The notes: a model not told the origin generated them from the letters alone. A DNA stretch of 64,000 bases from Thermoplasmatota archaeon (GCA_025457885.1 JALOTN010000004.1:10875-74874), one strand, 5' to 3'; positions 27,842 through 38,398 are shown, counted from the stretch's first letter. A program made the numbers and translations.

Positions 27842-30286
27842 ATGGTTGACGTAAAACATTCTAAGCGACAGCTAGTCACCATCAAAAAAAGACAATGGTC
27901 TCTTTCTAGCATCTTCGTGCTCCTCCTTCTTACCAGTGGAATATCATCCACCTCAGCAACCATCATCCCCCAGGCTACACCAATCATAGAATCAACCGCC
28001 ACCACCGACCACATCCCAAACCAAAACACCCTTGAAACACCCACCACAACAAATCCCTGGTGGAACCCCAACTGGCATTACCGCACCATTTACAACATCA
28101 CGGGAACCGGCACCATATCCCTCCAAATAAATTTCACACAACTCCTTCGCAACACCCTCCACGTCCTAGACAAAACCTTTGACAACACCACCATCGCTAT
28201 CGTACAATACTCCGCAAACGGGACCACCACCATCGTCAACACCAGCTGGTTCAATGAAACCACCACCTACCACAATAAAACAAACGCAAAAGGCATCCTC
28301 ACCTGGAAAATCACCACACCATCACTCTACCATGTCTACTTCGACGTCCTCGAAAACCAAGGAACACGCAACCCAACACCAGAAACACCAAACCTCACCC
28401 CCTCAGGCAACCCCCAAGCCGCCATCATCTCCACCCACGGCTGGTGGCCTGCGTTTACCACCTCATTTGAAACCTACTATCCCCCTCCAAAAACACTCAA
28501 TGTACAACTCCAAACCACCGCACTAGCAACAAACATCACCGCTAAAGTCCTCTACAACAACAACCTCAACTTCACCAAACAACTCACCACCCAAGACCAT
28601 CTCCAATGGAACATCACCATCGCCAACCTTACAAAAATCGGAGATTGGACCATCCAAATAAACGGACACGACGACGCAGGATATCAACCAACACAGATAT
28701 CCATCAGTTTCTACATCGGAAAACCAGATCTCGTCGCCACCGCCATCACCGCACCAAACATCTCCTACATAGGAAACAATGTAACCGTCACAGGACATCT
28801 CATCGCAAAAAATACCACCGTCGAACATGTCGACATCAGCCTAAAAGTCGACACTATCAACGTCGACACACAAAAAAACCTGACCATACAAAAGAATATC
28901 AACACCTCCTACGACCTGGTCTGGGTCAACTGCACCAAAGGAATCCATAACCTCTCAATAAACATTATTTACCACCAAGACTCAAATCAAACAAATAACG
29001 TCCGCTGGAAACACATCACCATCGAAGGAATACCAGACCTCTCAGTACTCAATCTGAGTGTCTCACCAACCACCGTCAACGAAGGAAAACCAATCACCGT
29101 CAACGCCTTCATCAAAAACAAAGGTGACGGCAACGCATCCGACTACACCATGGTTCTCTACTGTGAACAAAACCAAAACAACCAAACCATGCTCTATATA
29201 CAAAGCAAAAACACCACGACCTTCTCCCTCAAAAAAGATCAATTTACCAACGTGACACTCACCTGGTCACAGACACGATACGGGAAAACCACCTTCAACG
29301 GAGAATGGGCGGTAGGCATACAAATCCTGACCTCAGAAGAAACACCAGACAAGAATGAAACAGACAACAAAAAACCACTCTACCATGCACTCTACGTCAT
29401 CGCAGCAGAACGAAACCCCCCGCTTCTAACCAACTTAGAGTTTCTCTCCACCCTTGAAATAGGAGACCAACAACAAATCACCGTCAAAGCAACCGATGAA
29501 TCAGGAATCGACACCGTGACCATCTCCCTAAAAACCCCCAACAAAACCTACCTAAACACCACCATGACCCCTATTGAAGGAAACACATACGAATATCTCC
29601 TCACAACCACACAAATCGGCAGACATAATTTTACCATTAAAGCCACCGACCTTTCACCGAATAAAAACCAATCCATCATCACCGGATTTTTCATCGTCAC
29701 TGAAGATCAAACCCCACCGACCATCACATACTATGGAGTCAACCCCATCAAACAACTCCCGAATCTCCCCGTGGAAATCCGCTGTATCGCTACCGATTAC
29801 TCAGGGATACGATCCGCAGAGGTAACCATACAATTCCCAGACAACACCGTACAGACCCACACCATGAATACCCCACCAGGGGATACAAAATACATCTATG
29901 AAAAAACCTACGATATCACAGGAAAATACCTTTTCACCATCACCATCAGAGACACCCTAGGAAACCCAATCACCACCGACGAAAAAACATTCTGGGTCAC
30001 CGAGCATCTCGACGACACCGACAATGATGGGATACCAGATGACTGGGAGAAACGCTACGGATTCAACCCCACTGACCCCAACGATGCATCCAATGACCAG
30101 GACGATGACGGATTCACCAATAAAGAAGAATACCAACAAGGAACCAATCCACTGAAAAAACAGACCTCCACACCAGAAATCATGGATCAACTGCAGCAGA
30201 ACTGGGCGTATCTCTCCGCCTCTCTTCTCATCTTTCTTATCATCATCATCCTAGCAATCTACGGCATACGGAGACGCACCCCATGA
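27842..30286 (+). CDS. Large cell-surface protein (CARDB-like domain, Asp-rich Ca-binding repeats, C-terminal TM anchor)
   Basis: 814 aa. Signal peptide, Thr/Asn-rich region with many N-x-T/S sequons, a CARDB-like segment (VSPTTVNEGKPITVNAFIKNKGDGNASDY), thrombospondin-type-3-like DDTDNDGIPDDWE...DPNDASNDQDDDGFTNKEE, and a C-terminal hydrophobic helix + RRR. Confidence 0.6.
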   Translation: MVDVKHSKRQLVTIKKRQWSLSSIFVLLLLTSGISSTSATIIPQATPIIESTATTDHIPNQNTLETPTTTNPWWNPNWHYRTIYNITGTGTISLQINFTQLLRNTLHVLDKTFDNTTIAIVQYSANGTTTIVNTSWFNETTTYHNKTNAKGILTWKITTPSLYHVYFDVLENQGTRNPTPETPNLTPSGNPQAAIISTHGWWPAFTTSFETYYPPPKTLNVQLQTTALATNITAKVLYNNNLNFTKQLTTQDHLQWNITIANLTKIGDWTIQINGHDDAGYQPTQISISFYIGKPDLVATAITAPNISYIGNNVTVTGHLIAKNTTVEHVDISLKVDTINVDTQKNLTIQKNINTSYDLVWVNCTKGIHNLSINIIYHQDSNQTNNVRWKHITIEGIPDLSVLNLSVSPTTVNEGKPITVNAFIKNKGDGNASDYTMVLYCEQNQNNQTMLYIQSKNTTTFSLKKDQFTNVTLTWSQTRYGKTTFNGEWAVGIQILTSEETPDKNETDNKKPLYHALYVIAAERNPPLLTNLEFLSTLEIGDQQQITVKATDESGIDTVTISLKTPNKTYLNTTMTPIEGNTYEYLLTTTQIGRHNFTIKATDLSPNKNQSIITGFFIVTEDQTPPTITYYGVNPIKQLPNLPVEIRCIATDYSGIRSAEVTIQFPDNTVQTHTMNTPPGDTKYIYEKTYDITGKYLFTITIRDTLGNPITTDEKTFWVTEHLDDTDNDGIPDDWEKRYGFNPTDPNDASNDQDDDGFTNKEEYQQGTNPLKKQTSTPEIMDQLQQNWAYLSASLLIFLIIIILAIYGIRRRTP

Positions 30287-30819
30287 GCCTGATAACCCGC
30301 CGGACTCTCCCGTTTGTTGCAATCATCTTCTTCGCCTTCCTCGTCTTCCTCTTCTCCCTTTGGGACATCATCTACCATGAACAATGGCTCGAGCGTATCC
30401 TTGCATTATACGCGATATTGATTCTCCTCACCTTCCTGTTCCTCGTGTCTCACGAAAAAAAGAAACCCGTCATTAAAAAAAACGTCGATGAATATGAAAA
30501 AACATCGGAAGGAAAATTACAGCATTTCAAATGCCCTTCCTGCGGAGGGATTTTTGCGGTTAAAAAATCAAGTCAAGAGAATAAACAATCATTCACTTTG
30601 ACATGTCCGGATTGTGGGATGACCGGGTCTATTCCTTCCAAACCATCACAAATACAGGAGGAAATCCCAGAAAAAAAATCAGTCCAAAAGCAGTTCCAAT
30701 GCCAGAACTGCGGAGAGACCATCACGATTTGGTCCGAGGGACCGGATATGATTCAAGAACAGATTCATGTCTACTCCTGCCCGTATTGTGGGAAAAAACA
30801 AGACCTCAATCTCACCTAG
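30283..30819 (+). CDS. Membrane protein with two C4 zinc ribbons
   Basis: 178 aa. The start overlaps the upstream stop (ATGA). Two TM helices, then CPSCGG...CPDCG and CQNCG...CPYCG. Confidence 0.45.
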   Translation: MSLITRRTLPFVAIIFFAFLVFLFSLWDIIYHEQWLERILALYAILILLTFLFLVSHEKKKPVIKKNVDEYEKTSEGKLQHFKCPSCGGIFAVKKSSQENKQSFTLTCPDCGMTGSIPSKPSQIQEEIPEKKSVQKQFQCQNCGETITIWSEGPDMIQEQIHVYSCPYCGKKQDLNLT

Positions 30820-32687
30820 ATATGATGACGGATTTTCACTGCCTCCCCATGCGATGACTCCGTCATTTCTTTTCCATTCATAAGTGCCACACCAACACCA
30901 CAAACAGTATCATTCTTCCTTATTATGACTTCATCACCAATCCGAATAGAATCATCCGCATCGATGATCCCTGGAGCAAACACCGATCCTTTCAGAGTGA
31001 AATCACCAGCGATTTCCACCCAATACTGCTCCGCATCTCCAAGTCGGTTCGCCCCCTCCAAGGTCAACGAGAGAAACCCTCGTTCCTCAGTCAGCATCCC
31101 CAGTTGAGTTCCTTTCTGCATGATCTTCAAATAAGGATATTTCCCGATAACGGTGCTTTCTTTCATCAAATGATCCGCAAGAGGAGAACCAAACTGGTAA
31201 CCAGCCAGTGATTGCATGTTTTCATACAATCGCGTTTGGAGTCTCACACGGTCAAAACTTGATGTGAGTTTTTCTAACGCTTGAGATAACGTTGAAAGAG
31301 ACGTTTCAGATGTCGGTGAATCCTCACAGGTCACCCATGGTTTTTCCAAAATATCACACACAAATAACCGCATCGCCGCAGGGAGATGCACAATGACTGC
31401 ATCATAGCAGTTGTGCTTCAGATATTCCTGAAGCATTGTACGTATCATCTTTTTTTCGTCCTCATCCCAATGCCCGGTCACCGCGATATCATAGTTTTTC
31501 GCAGGGTACGTCAATTCAAGTTCCCGTGGAACCAGCCCCAGTGGTGACGTAAGAATCAGTTCATGGACCACAAAGGGATTCACTTGTCTGGTGATACATT
31601 CTCTAAAAAGCTGATGAGATTTAGAAAACGAGTAGGGTTTCTTCGCTGAACAGGGGAGCAGAACTAAAATCTTGGCACTCCTTGGTTTTTCATACCGATG
31701 GAGGACCCGATACTGGAATCGTCTAATCTCCGGTCGGAGAAGCGCATCTTTGGTTGTCGCAATCAATGGTTGTTTTCGAATCAGAGGAGTCCGTTCTTCA
31801 AGGAACTCATACTGATTCAGATCAAGGATATGGAGCAGGGCAGCAAGATGTGGTCTGGTTCGTACGCGTATTTCAACAAGCTCTCGTAACGAACCGGTAC
31901 GTATCGCGTTCCTCACCAGCTGTATCTCTGAGTCAAGCATCGTGTAATTATGTTGAAGAATCTCATCATAGTTCATTGATGAGACATCCTTTTTTATAGC
32001 ACAGGTCGGACACCTACAAGGATTCTCATGTAAGTGATCTTTTGAGTAATACCCCGTCTGGAACAGGAATATCTCGTTTCGTGCCGCCATGATAGCAGGA
32101 AACGAATCAAACAAGTCAACCCCCATATACGCGAGAAGCGCAATACTTGTTGGGTCACCAACACAGGGAAGATAAAGCGGTGTTGTGTACCCAATTTGTT
32201 GGCGAAGTGTGGTGATGAAATCAACAAAATATGATTGTTGATTAAACAGTTGGATGGCATCTGAAACGATGCAGAGAGTTGTGTCTTTTTTTCTTCTCAG
32301 GTCCGGTATCAGTTCTTTTTTTCCTGGAATAAGATAACAAGGGGTGTTGGTGTTCTGTTTCACTGCATCTGAATGCATCTCTCGAATCACATCTTTTGGA
32401 TAGAGAAGATACTGGTCTAAACAGGCAGGTTTTCTCTCGTTGTTTTTTTGCGTTGAAAAAATGCTTCTCCCGATCTGTATGACTGGTTGAGTTGTTTTTA
32501 TTGGTTCCTGTGTTAGAAGGATGCGAGAGAATGTTGGAGCCTGAAGTTGGGAGGTCTGGATATAAAGAATCTCTGGTGTGCAGATACTCTCCTCTTTTAT
32601 CTTGAGCTGTCCCATGCGGGCAGGTCCGTCTCGAAACTGTATCTGAAAATCCATTGATGACTGATATGATGCTCTGTTTAAGAACAT
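30816..32687 (-). CDS. tgtA: Archaeosine tRNA-guanine transglycosylase (ArcTGT)
   Basis: 623 aa. TGT catalytic domain with the zinc motif CRCPTCA...H, and C-terminal extensions as in ArcTGT. Consistent with queC elsewhere in the window. Confidence 0.7.
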   Translation of the reverse strand: MFLNRASYQSSMDFQIQFRDGPARMGQLKIKEESICTPEILYIQTSQLQAPTFSRILLTQEPIKTTQPVIQIGRSIFSTQKNNERKPACLDQYLLYPKDVIREMHSDAVKQNTNTPCYLIPGKKELIPDLRRKKDTTLCIVSDAIQLFNQQSYFVDFITTLRQQIGYTTPLYLPCVGDPTSIALLAYMGVDLFDSFPAIMAARNEIFLFQTGYYSKDHLHENPCRCPTCAIKKDVSSMNYDEILQHNYTMLDSEIQLVRNAIRTGSLRELVEIRVRTRPHLAALLHILDLNQYEFLEERTPLIRKQPLIATTKDALLRPEIRRFQYRVLHRYEKPRSAKILVLLPCSAKKPYSFSKSHQLFRECITRQVNPFVVHELILTSPLGLVPRELELTYPAKNYDIAVTGHWDEDEKKMIRTMLQEYLKHNCYDAVIVHLPAAMRLFVCDILEKPWVTCEDSPTSETSLSTLSQALEKLTSSFDRVRLQTRLYENMQSLAGYQFGSPLADHLMKESTVIGKYPYLKIMQKGTQLGMLTEERGFLSLTLEGANRLGDAEQYWVEIAGDFTLKGSVFAPGIIDADDSIRIGDEVIIRKNDTVCGVGVALMNGKEMTESSHGEAVKIRHHI

Positions 32688-32700
32688 TTAGTTTTTCTTC

Positions 32701-34251
32701 TTAATGACGGAAGTACCTCTGACCCGTGAACACCATGGGTATCTTATGGTGGTCGGCTGCCTCGATGACCTCCGCATCCCTAATGGAGCCCCCTGGTTGA
32801 ATGATTGCTTTGACCCCTGCGTTCACCGCGACGTCCACAGCGTCCCTGAAGGGGAAGAACGCGTCACTGGCCATGATGGATCCTTTGATGTTGTCCTTGC
32901 CTTTGTTGGTGGCAATCCATGTGGCATCAACCCGGGAGGTCTGTCCTCCACCGATTCCCACGGTCCGCGTGTCTTTTACAAACACCACGGAGTTTGATTT
33001 GATATGTTTGACGCATCGTACCGCGAAATCCATGGAGAGTAAATCCTCCTTTGTTGGTTTGTTTTTTGTCACGACCTTCCAGGTGTTTTGATCCGCGAAC
33101 CACACGTCTCGTTCCTGGATGAGGTACCCTCCGACGACACTGCGGAGGTCTAAGCCGTTTCGCATCTGTTTTTTCTCAAGACCGGGGAGTCCAAGGCACC
33201 TGAGGTTTTTCTTACTTTGTAATATCTGTTGTGCCTCAGGGGTGAAACCTGGTGCGATAATCACTTCAAGGAAATATTTTGAGAGCTCCTGAGCGACTTC
33301 ATGGTCCAGTTCTCTGTTGAATGCGACAATACCACCGTACGGTGAATAGATGTCGGTGGCGTAGGCATCGTTCCACGCCTGAAGTTCTGTAACTGCACTG
33401 GCGATTCCGCAGGGAGTCGCATGTTTAATGATCACGCAGGAGGGTGCATTGAATTCTTTGATACATTCAATCGCACAGTTGGAATCAAGGATGTTGTTGA
33501 ATGACAACTCTTTCCCCTGTAATTGCTCTGCGGTAGCGATACAGGGTTCCTTGGTTACGGGGAGGCTTTTATAAAACGCTCCTTTCTGATGCGGGTTTTC
33601 CCCGTACCGCATCTCCTGAATCTTCCGCATGGTTATGGAGAAATCCTCTGGTAAAACCTCTTTGGTCCATCGGCTTCTCAGGTACTGGGCGATCATTGCG
33701 TCATACTGAGCCGTATGAGCATAGGCATGGATCGCTAATTTCTCTTTTTGCTCAGCTGATACTCCTTTTTTTGATTGTAACGCCTGGAGGACCTCATGAT
33801 AGTGTTTTGGGCTCGTGACCACGACGACATCCTCGTAGTTCTTGGCTGCCGCGCGAATGAGCGTAGGTCCCCCGATGTCGATATTCTCGATAACCTCCTC
33901 GATGCTAACGTTTGGTTTTTGAATCGTGCTTTCAAACGGGTAGAGGTTGCAGACGACCACATCGATCATGTTGATATGATGTTCCTTGAGGGTTTTCTGA
34001 TGGTCTTTCTTTTCTCGCCTTGCAAGGATCCCTGCATGAATGATCGGATGCAGAGTCTTAACTCTCCCATCAAGCATCTCAGGAAACCCGGTCACCGACG
34101 ACACATCAGTGTACGGGATGTTAGCTTTCTGCAGCACCGCAGCAGTCCCACCGGTTGTTAGAATAGTGTACCCTAGCGTATGAAGTCCTTTTGAAAAATC
34201 AACGATACCTTCCTTGTCATAAACGCTTATCAGTGCGTATCGGTAATCCAT
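32701..34251 (-). CDS. purH: Bifunctional AICAR transformylase/IMP cyclohydrolase
   Basis: 516 aa. N-terminal MGS-like domain (ALISVYDKEGIVDF...ILTTGGTA) and C-terminal AICARFT domain. Confidence 0.85.
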   Translation of the reverse strand: MDYRYALISVYDKEGIVDFSKGLHTLGYTILTTGGTAAVLQKANIPYTDVSSVTGFPEMLDGRVKTLHPIIHAGILARREKKDHQKTLKEHHINMIDVVVCNLYPFESTIQKPNVSIEEVIENIDIGGPTLIRAAAKNYEDVVVVTSPKHYHEVLQALQSKKGVSAEQKEKLAIHAYAHTAQYDAMIAQYLRSRWTKEVLPEDFSITMRKIQEMRYGENPHQKGAFYKSLPVTKEPCIATAEQLQGKELSFNNILDSNCAIECIKEFNAPSCVIIKHATPCGIASAVTELQAWNDAYATDIYSPYGGIVAFNRELDHEVAQELSKYFLEVIIAPGFTPEAQQILQSKKNLRCLGLPGLEKKQMRNGLDLRSVVGGYLIQERDVWFADQNTWKVVTKNKPTKEDLLSMDFAVRCVKHIKSNSVVFVKDTRTVGIGGGQTSRVDATWIATNKGKDNIKGSIMASDAFFPFRDAVDVAVNAGVKAIIQPGGSIRDAEVIEAADHHKIPMVFTGQRYFRH

Positions 34252-34329
34252 TACTCTTACCCAAGGAACATATATCCAATACTCATAAACATTTGGGTTT
34301 ATCCAAAACCAGGTAGGATTCCAATCCTA

Positions 34330-35091
34330 CTAGATGGATTTCTGTTCTTTTTGCAGTGCCTCCAGCAAACTCAGTTCACCCTTCAGAACCTGTAAAGCGG
34401 TCTTCTCAGAGATCGTAAACCTCCCTTCGCTGAGTTGTCTGCTCCATCGCTGGATGTTCTTAATCGCCCCACGCGACGTCTCAATTGGGAGGGTGGACTG
34501 GACGCGACCACCAGAGAGTAACGCGATGACTGCCGCCGCCTCGCTGTCCCGGATGGATCGTCGTTTCTGCTGAGCAGGTGTCGTACGAGTCTCATCGACG
34601 ATTTCAATTGGCACCTCTAAGGGGATCAGGGAGTTGATGATACGATTTCGGTTGATTACTGAGCCATGGCCAATCCGGATATATGTCTCCTTTGAGGGAT
34701 AGCATTGTAAAAATTGTTTGACTGTGCTAAGCACTTTTTCCGGGCTGTCTACCTGTAGCTTCTGTAGTAATATATCATCGCAGACAACTGCTATTCCAGG
34801 CCGCTCCCCTGGGTCAATCCCAATTGATATCTTCGCATACAGCTCTTTACCGGTGAGTTTCTGCAACGCAAGGTCAATAGCATACTCAATGGAATCACAT
34901 GCATCCACCGCGACTTTCTTCCCATGAGCGATTCGATGGTACTCCTTTTGTGAAGTGAGGATCACTCCGATCCTCCGAGGGAGATTCTCCGGGGACGCCA
35001 AGGAGACATATGCGACATTGCGTTTCTTCAGTCCTTTGATGATATCATGATACAATGAGAAATCCTTGGTGTACACACCCAGTGTTTTCAT
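34330..35091 (-). CDS. Hypothetical protein with RNase H-like (YqgF/RuvC-fold) signature
   Basis: 253 aa. ISIGIDPGERPGIAVVCDD resembles the N-terminal catalytic Asp motif of YqgF/RuvC-like nucleases. Confidence 0.35.
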   Translation of the reverse strand: MKTLGVYTKDFSLYHDIIKGLKKRNVAYVSLASPENLPRRIGVILTSQKEYHRIAHGKKVAVDACDSIEYAIDLALQKLTGKELYAKISIGIDPGERPGIAVVCDDILLQKLQVDSPEKVLSTVKQFLQCYPSKETYIRIGHGSVINRNRIINSLIPLEVPIEIVDETRTTPAQQKRRSIRDSEAAAVIALLSGGRVQSTLPIETSRGAIKNIQRWSRQLSEGRFTISEKTALQVLKGELSLLEALQKEQKSI

Positions 35092-35138
35092 CTAAAAAAA
35101 CAATCTACCATGCTCGATATATACATTTCCCCCTGTTG

Positions 35139-35879
35139 TTACGTGAAGAACTTGGTCAGGAGGTTCCCACCGATAAACATCCCGCTGAGCAGCAGCACAG
35201 AGACGGAGAATAACACGAACCAGACGGTTTCCTTCCACATCATCACTTTCTTCCCATCCAATGGGCCAAATGGCAAGAGATTGAACGTCGCAAGCAGGAG
35301 GTTCACCAGACAGACAAACCCAACCAGTGTTCCCCAGAATCCCATGTCTGAGAAAAGAAAATGATACAATATATAGGTGAACACCGCTATCACGATATTC
35401 GCACTCGCACCTGCAGCGGCGATCCTTCCTGTGTCAGCGGGGTTCGCATTCCCTCGGAACATCACTGCGCCTGGGGTAGCGAACACAAGCCCTGTAAAGA
35501 ATGCAACAATGATAGAAAGAAGAAGCCCGCGCGGATACATACGAAACTCAGACCATAACCCGCATTTCTGCGCGACGAACTTATGGGACAATTCATGAAT
35601 GAAAAAAGCAGAGACAATACCTAAAAAAGCAATGGGCATAAAATAGAAAAAAGATCCGATATCCACTGGCGAACCCAAGAGAAAGAACAACAGGTTATTC
35701 TTCGAAAAGGTAAACGTAAAGGCGACAGTCAGTATCGTGATGGCGATACCCAGATGTCCTAGTTCGATTTTACTAAACGAACCGGGTTTTCCCACCTCCA
35801 AGCTCCCCTGAGGGATGTACATATACTCCCGGGGGGACAGATCATGAAAAGAGGTGTAGAATTTCCTTCGCTCAGACAT
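35139..35879 (-). CDS. Site-2 protease family (M50) membrane metalloprotease
   Basis: 246 aa polytopic membrane protein with HExxH inside a TM helix (FFIHELSHKF) and a second LDG motif (LPFGPLDGKK). Confidence 0.65.
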   Translation of the reverse strand: MSERRKFYTSFHDLSPREYMYIPQGSLEVGKPGSFSKIELGHLGIAITILTVAFTFTFSKNNLLFFLLGSPVDIGSFFYFMPIAFLGIVSAFFIHELSHKFVAQKCGLWSEFRMYPRGLLLSIIVAFFTGLVFATPGAVMFRGNANPADTGRIAAAGASANIVIAVFTYILYHFLFSDMGFWGTLVGFVCLVNLLLATFNLLPFGPLDGKKVMMWKETVWFVLFSVSVLLLSGMFIGGNLLTKFFT

Positions 35880-35929
35880 CGGAGTCGTTCCTTATTGAAA
35901 CGAGTTATAAAGAATCCAGATAAAAACAT

Positions 35930-37099
35930 TTAGCCAAGACCCATGCTAAGAATCCAGGGTAATGCAATGATCGTCCCAATAATGCTGCCAAGATTCCCCA
36001 ATGCGACCACCATTAACAGACGGATGACCTTGTTCTTCAAGAACCCCCGGATGCTTTCAATCTTACTGAGCTCCTGAAAATCCTTAATCAAAGGTTTCCG
36101 CAGTTTCGCTTCGACCAACCCAGCAAACCACCCTGGTGCGAAGAACGGCTCCAATGACGTAAATGGTGCAGCAACAAACGCCGTCAGAATCGAAAGCGGA
36201 TGACCCCGTGCGATCGCAACACCAATCCCTGAGAGTATCCCATGGACCAGGAACCATACTAAGAATACATCCTTAATCTTATTCCATGGATCTAAACCCG
36301 TTGAATAAATAATCCAGGCTATCAACCCAAAGAAAATCACTGGGATGGCAACCTCAACGACCTTCACCCAACTGAAACGTTTCTTTGGGACCTGCTCTAA
36401 CTCCTGCAGGTTCGCATCAAACCGCTCCCCCTGCAGATACTTTTTAATCCCATTCAGATGACCAGCGCCGACAACCGCAACAACCTTTCCTTTTTTGCTT
36501 TCCTCATGGATCTTCTGCGCGATATACTGATCCCGCTCAGAGATCAACACCTTTGAGGCACTCGGGGCTATCTTACTGAACTCCTCCATCATCTGAGAAA
36601 TAACATCCTGTTTCATCAATTCCTTCAAATCCAACTCCTCAAGTTCCTCCTCATCATAACCGATCATCGCTTTGAGGAACTCCCAGAATACCCGGAACTT
36701 CTCACGAATCCCCATCAACCGCCACGCCCGTTTCAGGGTCACAGTGATGTCACGATCAACCAGGGCGACCGGAACATGATTCCTTTCTGCCTCCTGCATC
36801 GCAGCACACATCTCAGAACCAGGCTCCACCCCATACTCCTCACCAAGCCTACGTTGGATCGACGCAAGAAACGTCTGGGCAAGCATAAAATACGCATTAT
36901 TGGACTTAATGAGCGCAGTCACCGGGGTATTTTCCCATTTATCCTTCTTAGTAATCGAATCATACCGACGTTGACACAGCTCGACAGCAACAATATCAGG
37001 TTTATACGCCTCAATCGCTTGCCGTACCTCTTGGACGCTCTCCTCAGAAATATGAGCCGTACCGATAAGGATAATGTTATCAGAGATTTTTTCTTCCAA
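35930..37099 (-). CDS. TraB/PrgY family protein
   Basis: 389 aa. ILIGTAHISEESV...DIVAVELC is the signature N-terminus of the TraB family. C-terminal TM helices. Confidence 0.7.
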   Translation of the reverse strand: MEEKISDNIILIGTAHISEESVQEVRQAIEAYKPDIVAVELCQRRYDSITKKDKWENTPVTALIKSNNAYFMLAQTFLASIQRRLGEEYGVEPGSEMCAAMQEAERNHVPVALVDRDITVTLKRAWRLMGIREKFRVFWEFLKAMIGYDEEELEELDLKELMKQDVISQMMEEFSKIAPSASKVLISERDQYIAQKIHEESKKGKVVAVVGAGHLNGIKKYLQGERFDANLQELEQVPKKRFSWVKVVEVAIPVIFFGLIAWIIYSTGLDPWNKIKDVFLVWFLVHGILSGIGVAIARGHPLSILTAFVAAPFTSLEPFFAPGWFAGLVEAKLRKPLIKDFQELSKIESIRGFLKNKVIRLLMVVALGNLGSIIGTIIALPWILSMGLG

Positions 37100-37149
37100 A
37101 GAGTCTCTCCTTTAAGCCGGTTATCTACACAACGAAGACAAAAAAATCT

Positions 37150-37782
37150 TTAAATTTCTGCTTCGAAATCCTCAACGGTTGTCGTAAACTCTTCATCAGA
37201 CGAAATCTTCCCTTGTTCCCGAAGGATCGCACGGGCAAGCAACCAGTAAATCAAGGCAAGCGCTCGTCGACCTTTGTTGTTTGTTGGGACGACATAATCA
37301 ATGTATTTCGTCTCATTGTTCGTATCACATAAGGCAATGACGGGAATCCCAATATTCTTTGCCTCATGCAACGCCTGAATATCCGCAAGTGGGTCAGTCA
37401 ATACAATAATCTCTGGCTCAAGAAACGTCTTTGCATTCGGGTTGGTCAACGTCCCAGGCTGGAACCGACCATCAAGCACCTGAATACCAGTTATCTCCCC
37501 AAGCTTCCGCACTGGTTTCTGACCATACTGACGAACCGAGACCACCAGGATTTTTGAGGGGTCGTATTTCGCAAGGAACTTCGCGGCTGCCTTTATCCGC
37601 TCATCGGTTTTCTTCACATCAATGATGTATAAACCGTCATTCCGCACCTTGTAGATGAACTCCTTGATATCAGCGGTTTTTTGTCGTGTGCCGATATGAA
37701 CACCGGACGTCATGTAGACTTCCTCAGTCACCATCATGGTTGGTTCTGTTTCTGCTGCTGTTTTTTCTTCCGCCATAGTCAT
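37150..37782 (-). CDS. rps2: 30S ribosomal protein S2 (uS2)
   Basis: 210 aa. [31 protein letters not shown] matches archaeal uS2. Confidence 0.85.
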   Translation of the reverse strand: MTMAEEKTAAETEPTMMVTEEVYMTSGVHIGTRQKTADIKEFIYKVRNDGLYIIDVKKTDERIKAAAKFLAKYDPSKILVVSVRQYGQKPVRKLGEITGIQVLDGRFQPGTLTNPNAKTFLEPEIIVLTDPLADIQALHEAKNIGIPVIALCDTNNETKYIDYVVPTNNKGRRALALIYWLLARAILREQGKISSDEEFTTTVEDFEAEI

Positions 37783-37793
37783 GCCTCAAATCC

Positions 37794-38018
37794 TTACGCT
37801 TTCATATCCTTTTGTTTCACGGTGATTGGAATAGCGTTTTCGTCATACTCAAGCATCGCGATCTCAACAGGGTCAATCATGTCCTTAGGTATCTCTGCGA
37901 GAAGCGTAGGTGCCCCCATAGAGAGTTGTAAGGCGCGAGCGCCAATGATACGAGCTTTTTCAAAGCGAGTATACGACACAGTCTTCCTCCGAAGCCATCG
38001 GGATAGGTAGAAGCCCAA
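37794..38018 (-). CDS. rpoK: DNA-directed RNA polymerase subunit K (Rpb6/omega homolog)
   Basis: 74 aa. TRFEKARIIGARALQLSMGAP is the conserved Rpb6/RpoK core. Confidence 0.7.
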   Translation of the reverse strand: MGFYLSRWLRRKTVSYTRFEKARIIGARALQLSMGAPTLLAEIPKDMIDPVEIAMLEYDENAIPITVKQKDMKA

Positions 38019-38043
38019 ATAACAGAAACCTTTAAAAATATTG

Positions 38044-38069
38044 CCCTTGAAAACAACGGTTTTTCAAGG
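38044..38069 (-). terminator. Perfect 10-bp stem/6-nt loop hairpin followed by a T-rich run on the minus strand; putative terminator of the r-protein super-operon
   Basis: cccttgaaaa-caacgg-ttttcaaggg on the + strand. On the minus strand it is followed by AATATTTTTAAAGG. Lies in the 84-nt gap between the small ORF (ends 38103) and rpoK (starts 38018). Confidence 0.5.
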
Positions 38070-38102
38070 GGAATGAGGTTTTTGTGTATAATAACGGGTT
38101 TT

Positions 38103-38327
38103 TTATTTTAATTCGTCGGTGAACTCCGCAATATCGGTTGCGGTCATCCTGCTGGAGAACTCATCGTCTAAGGCAAGCTGCATGTCGACGATGATATCGC
38201 GGAGTAACCGGTCGATGCGGTTATTTTCAAATTCTTTTACCCCGTCGATGTCTGAATAAATCTTCCCCATATAGTTTCCATCATTGCGATGAATTTCAAT
38301 ATTGTAGAGAACTTCCTCCATCTTCAA
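38103..38327 (-). CDS. Small acidic hypothetical protein at the end of the r-protein operon
   Basis: 74 aa, acidic, no motif. Occupies the position after L30 where L15/secY normally sit. Confidence 0.3.
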   Translation of the reverse strand: MKMEEVLYNIEIHRNDGNYMGKIYSDIDGVKEFENNRIDRLLRDIIVDMQLALDDEFSSRMTATDIAEFTDELK

Positions 38328-38398
38328 ACACCCTCTTTCTCTTTATTCACCCAATAAAATAGAATCCCTATAATAATCTTTTGGAATATTTCGGTTGC

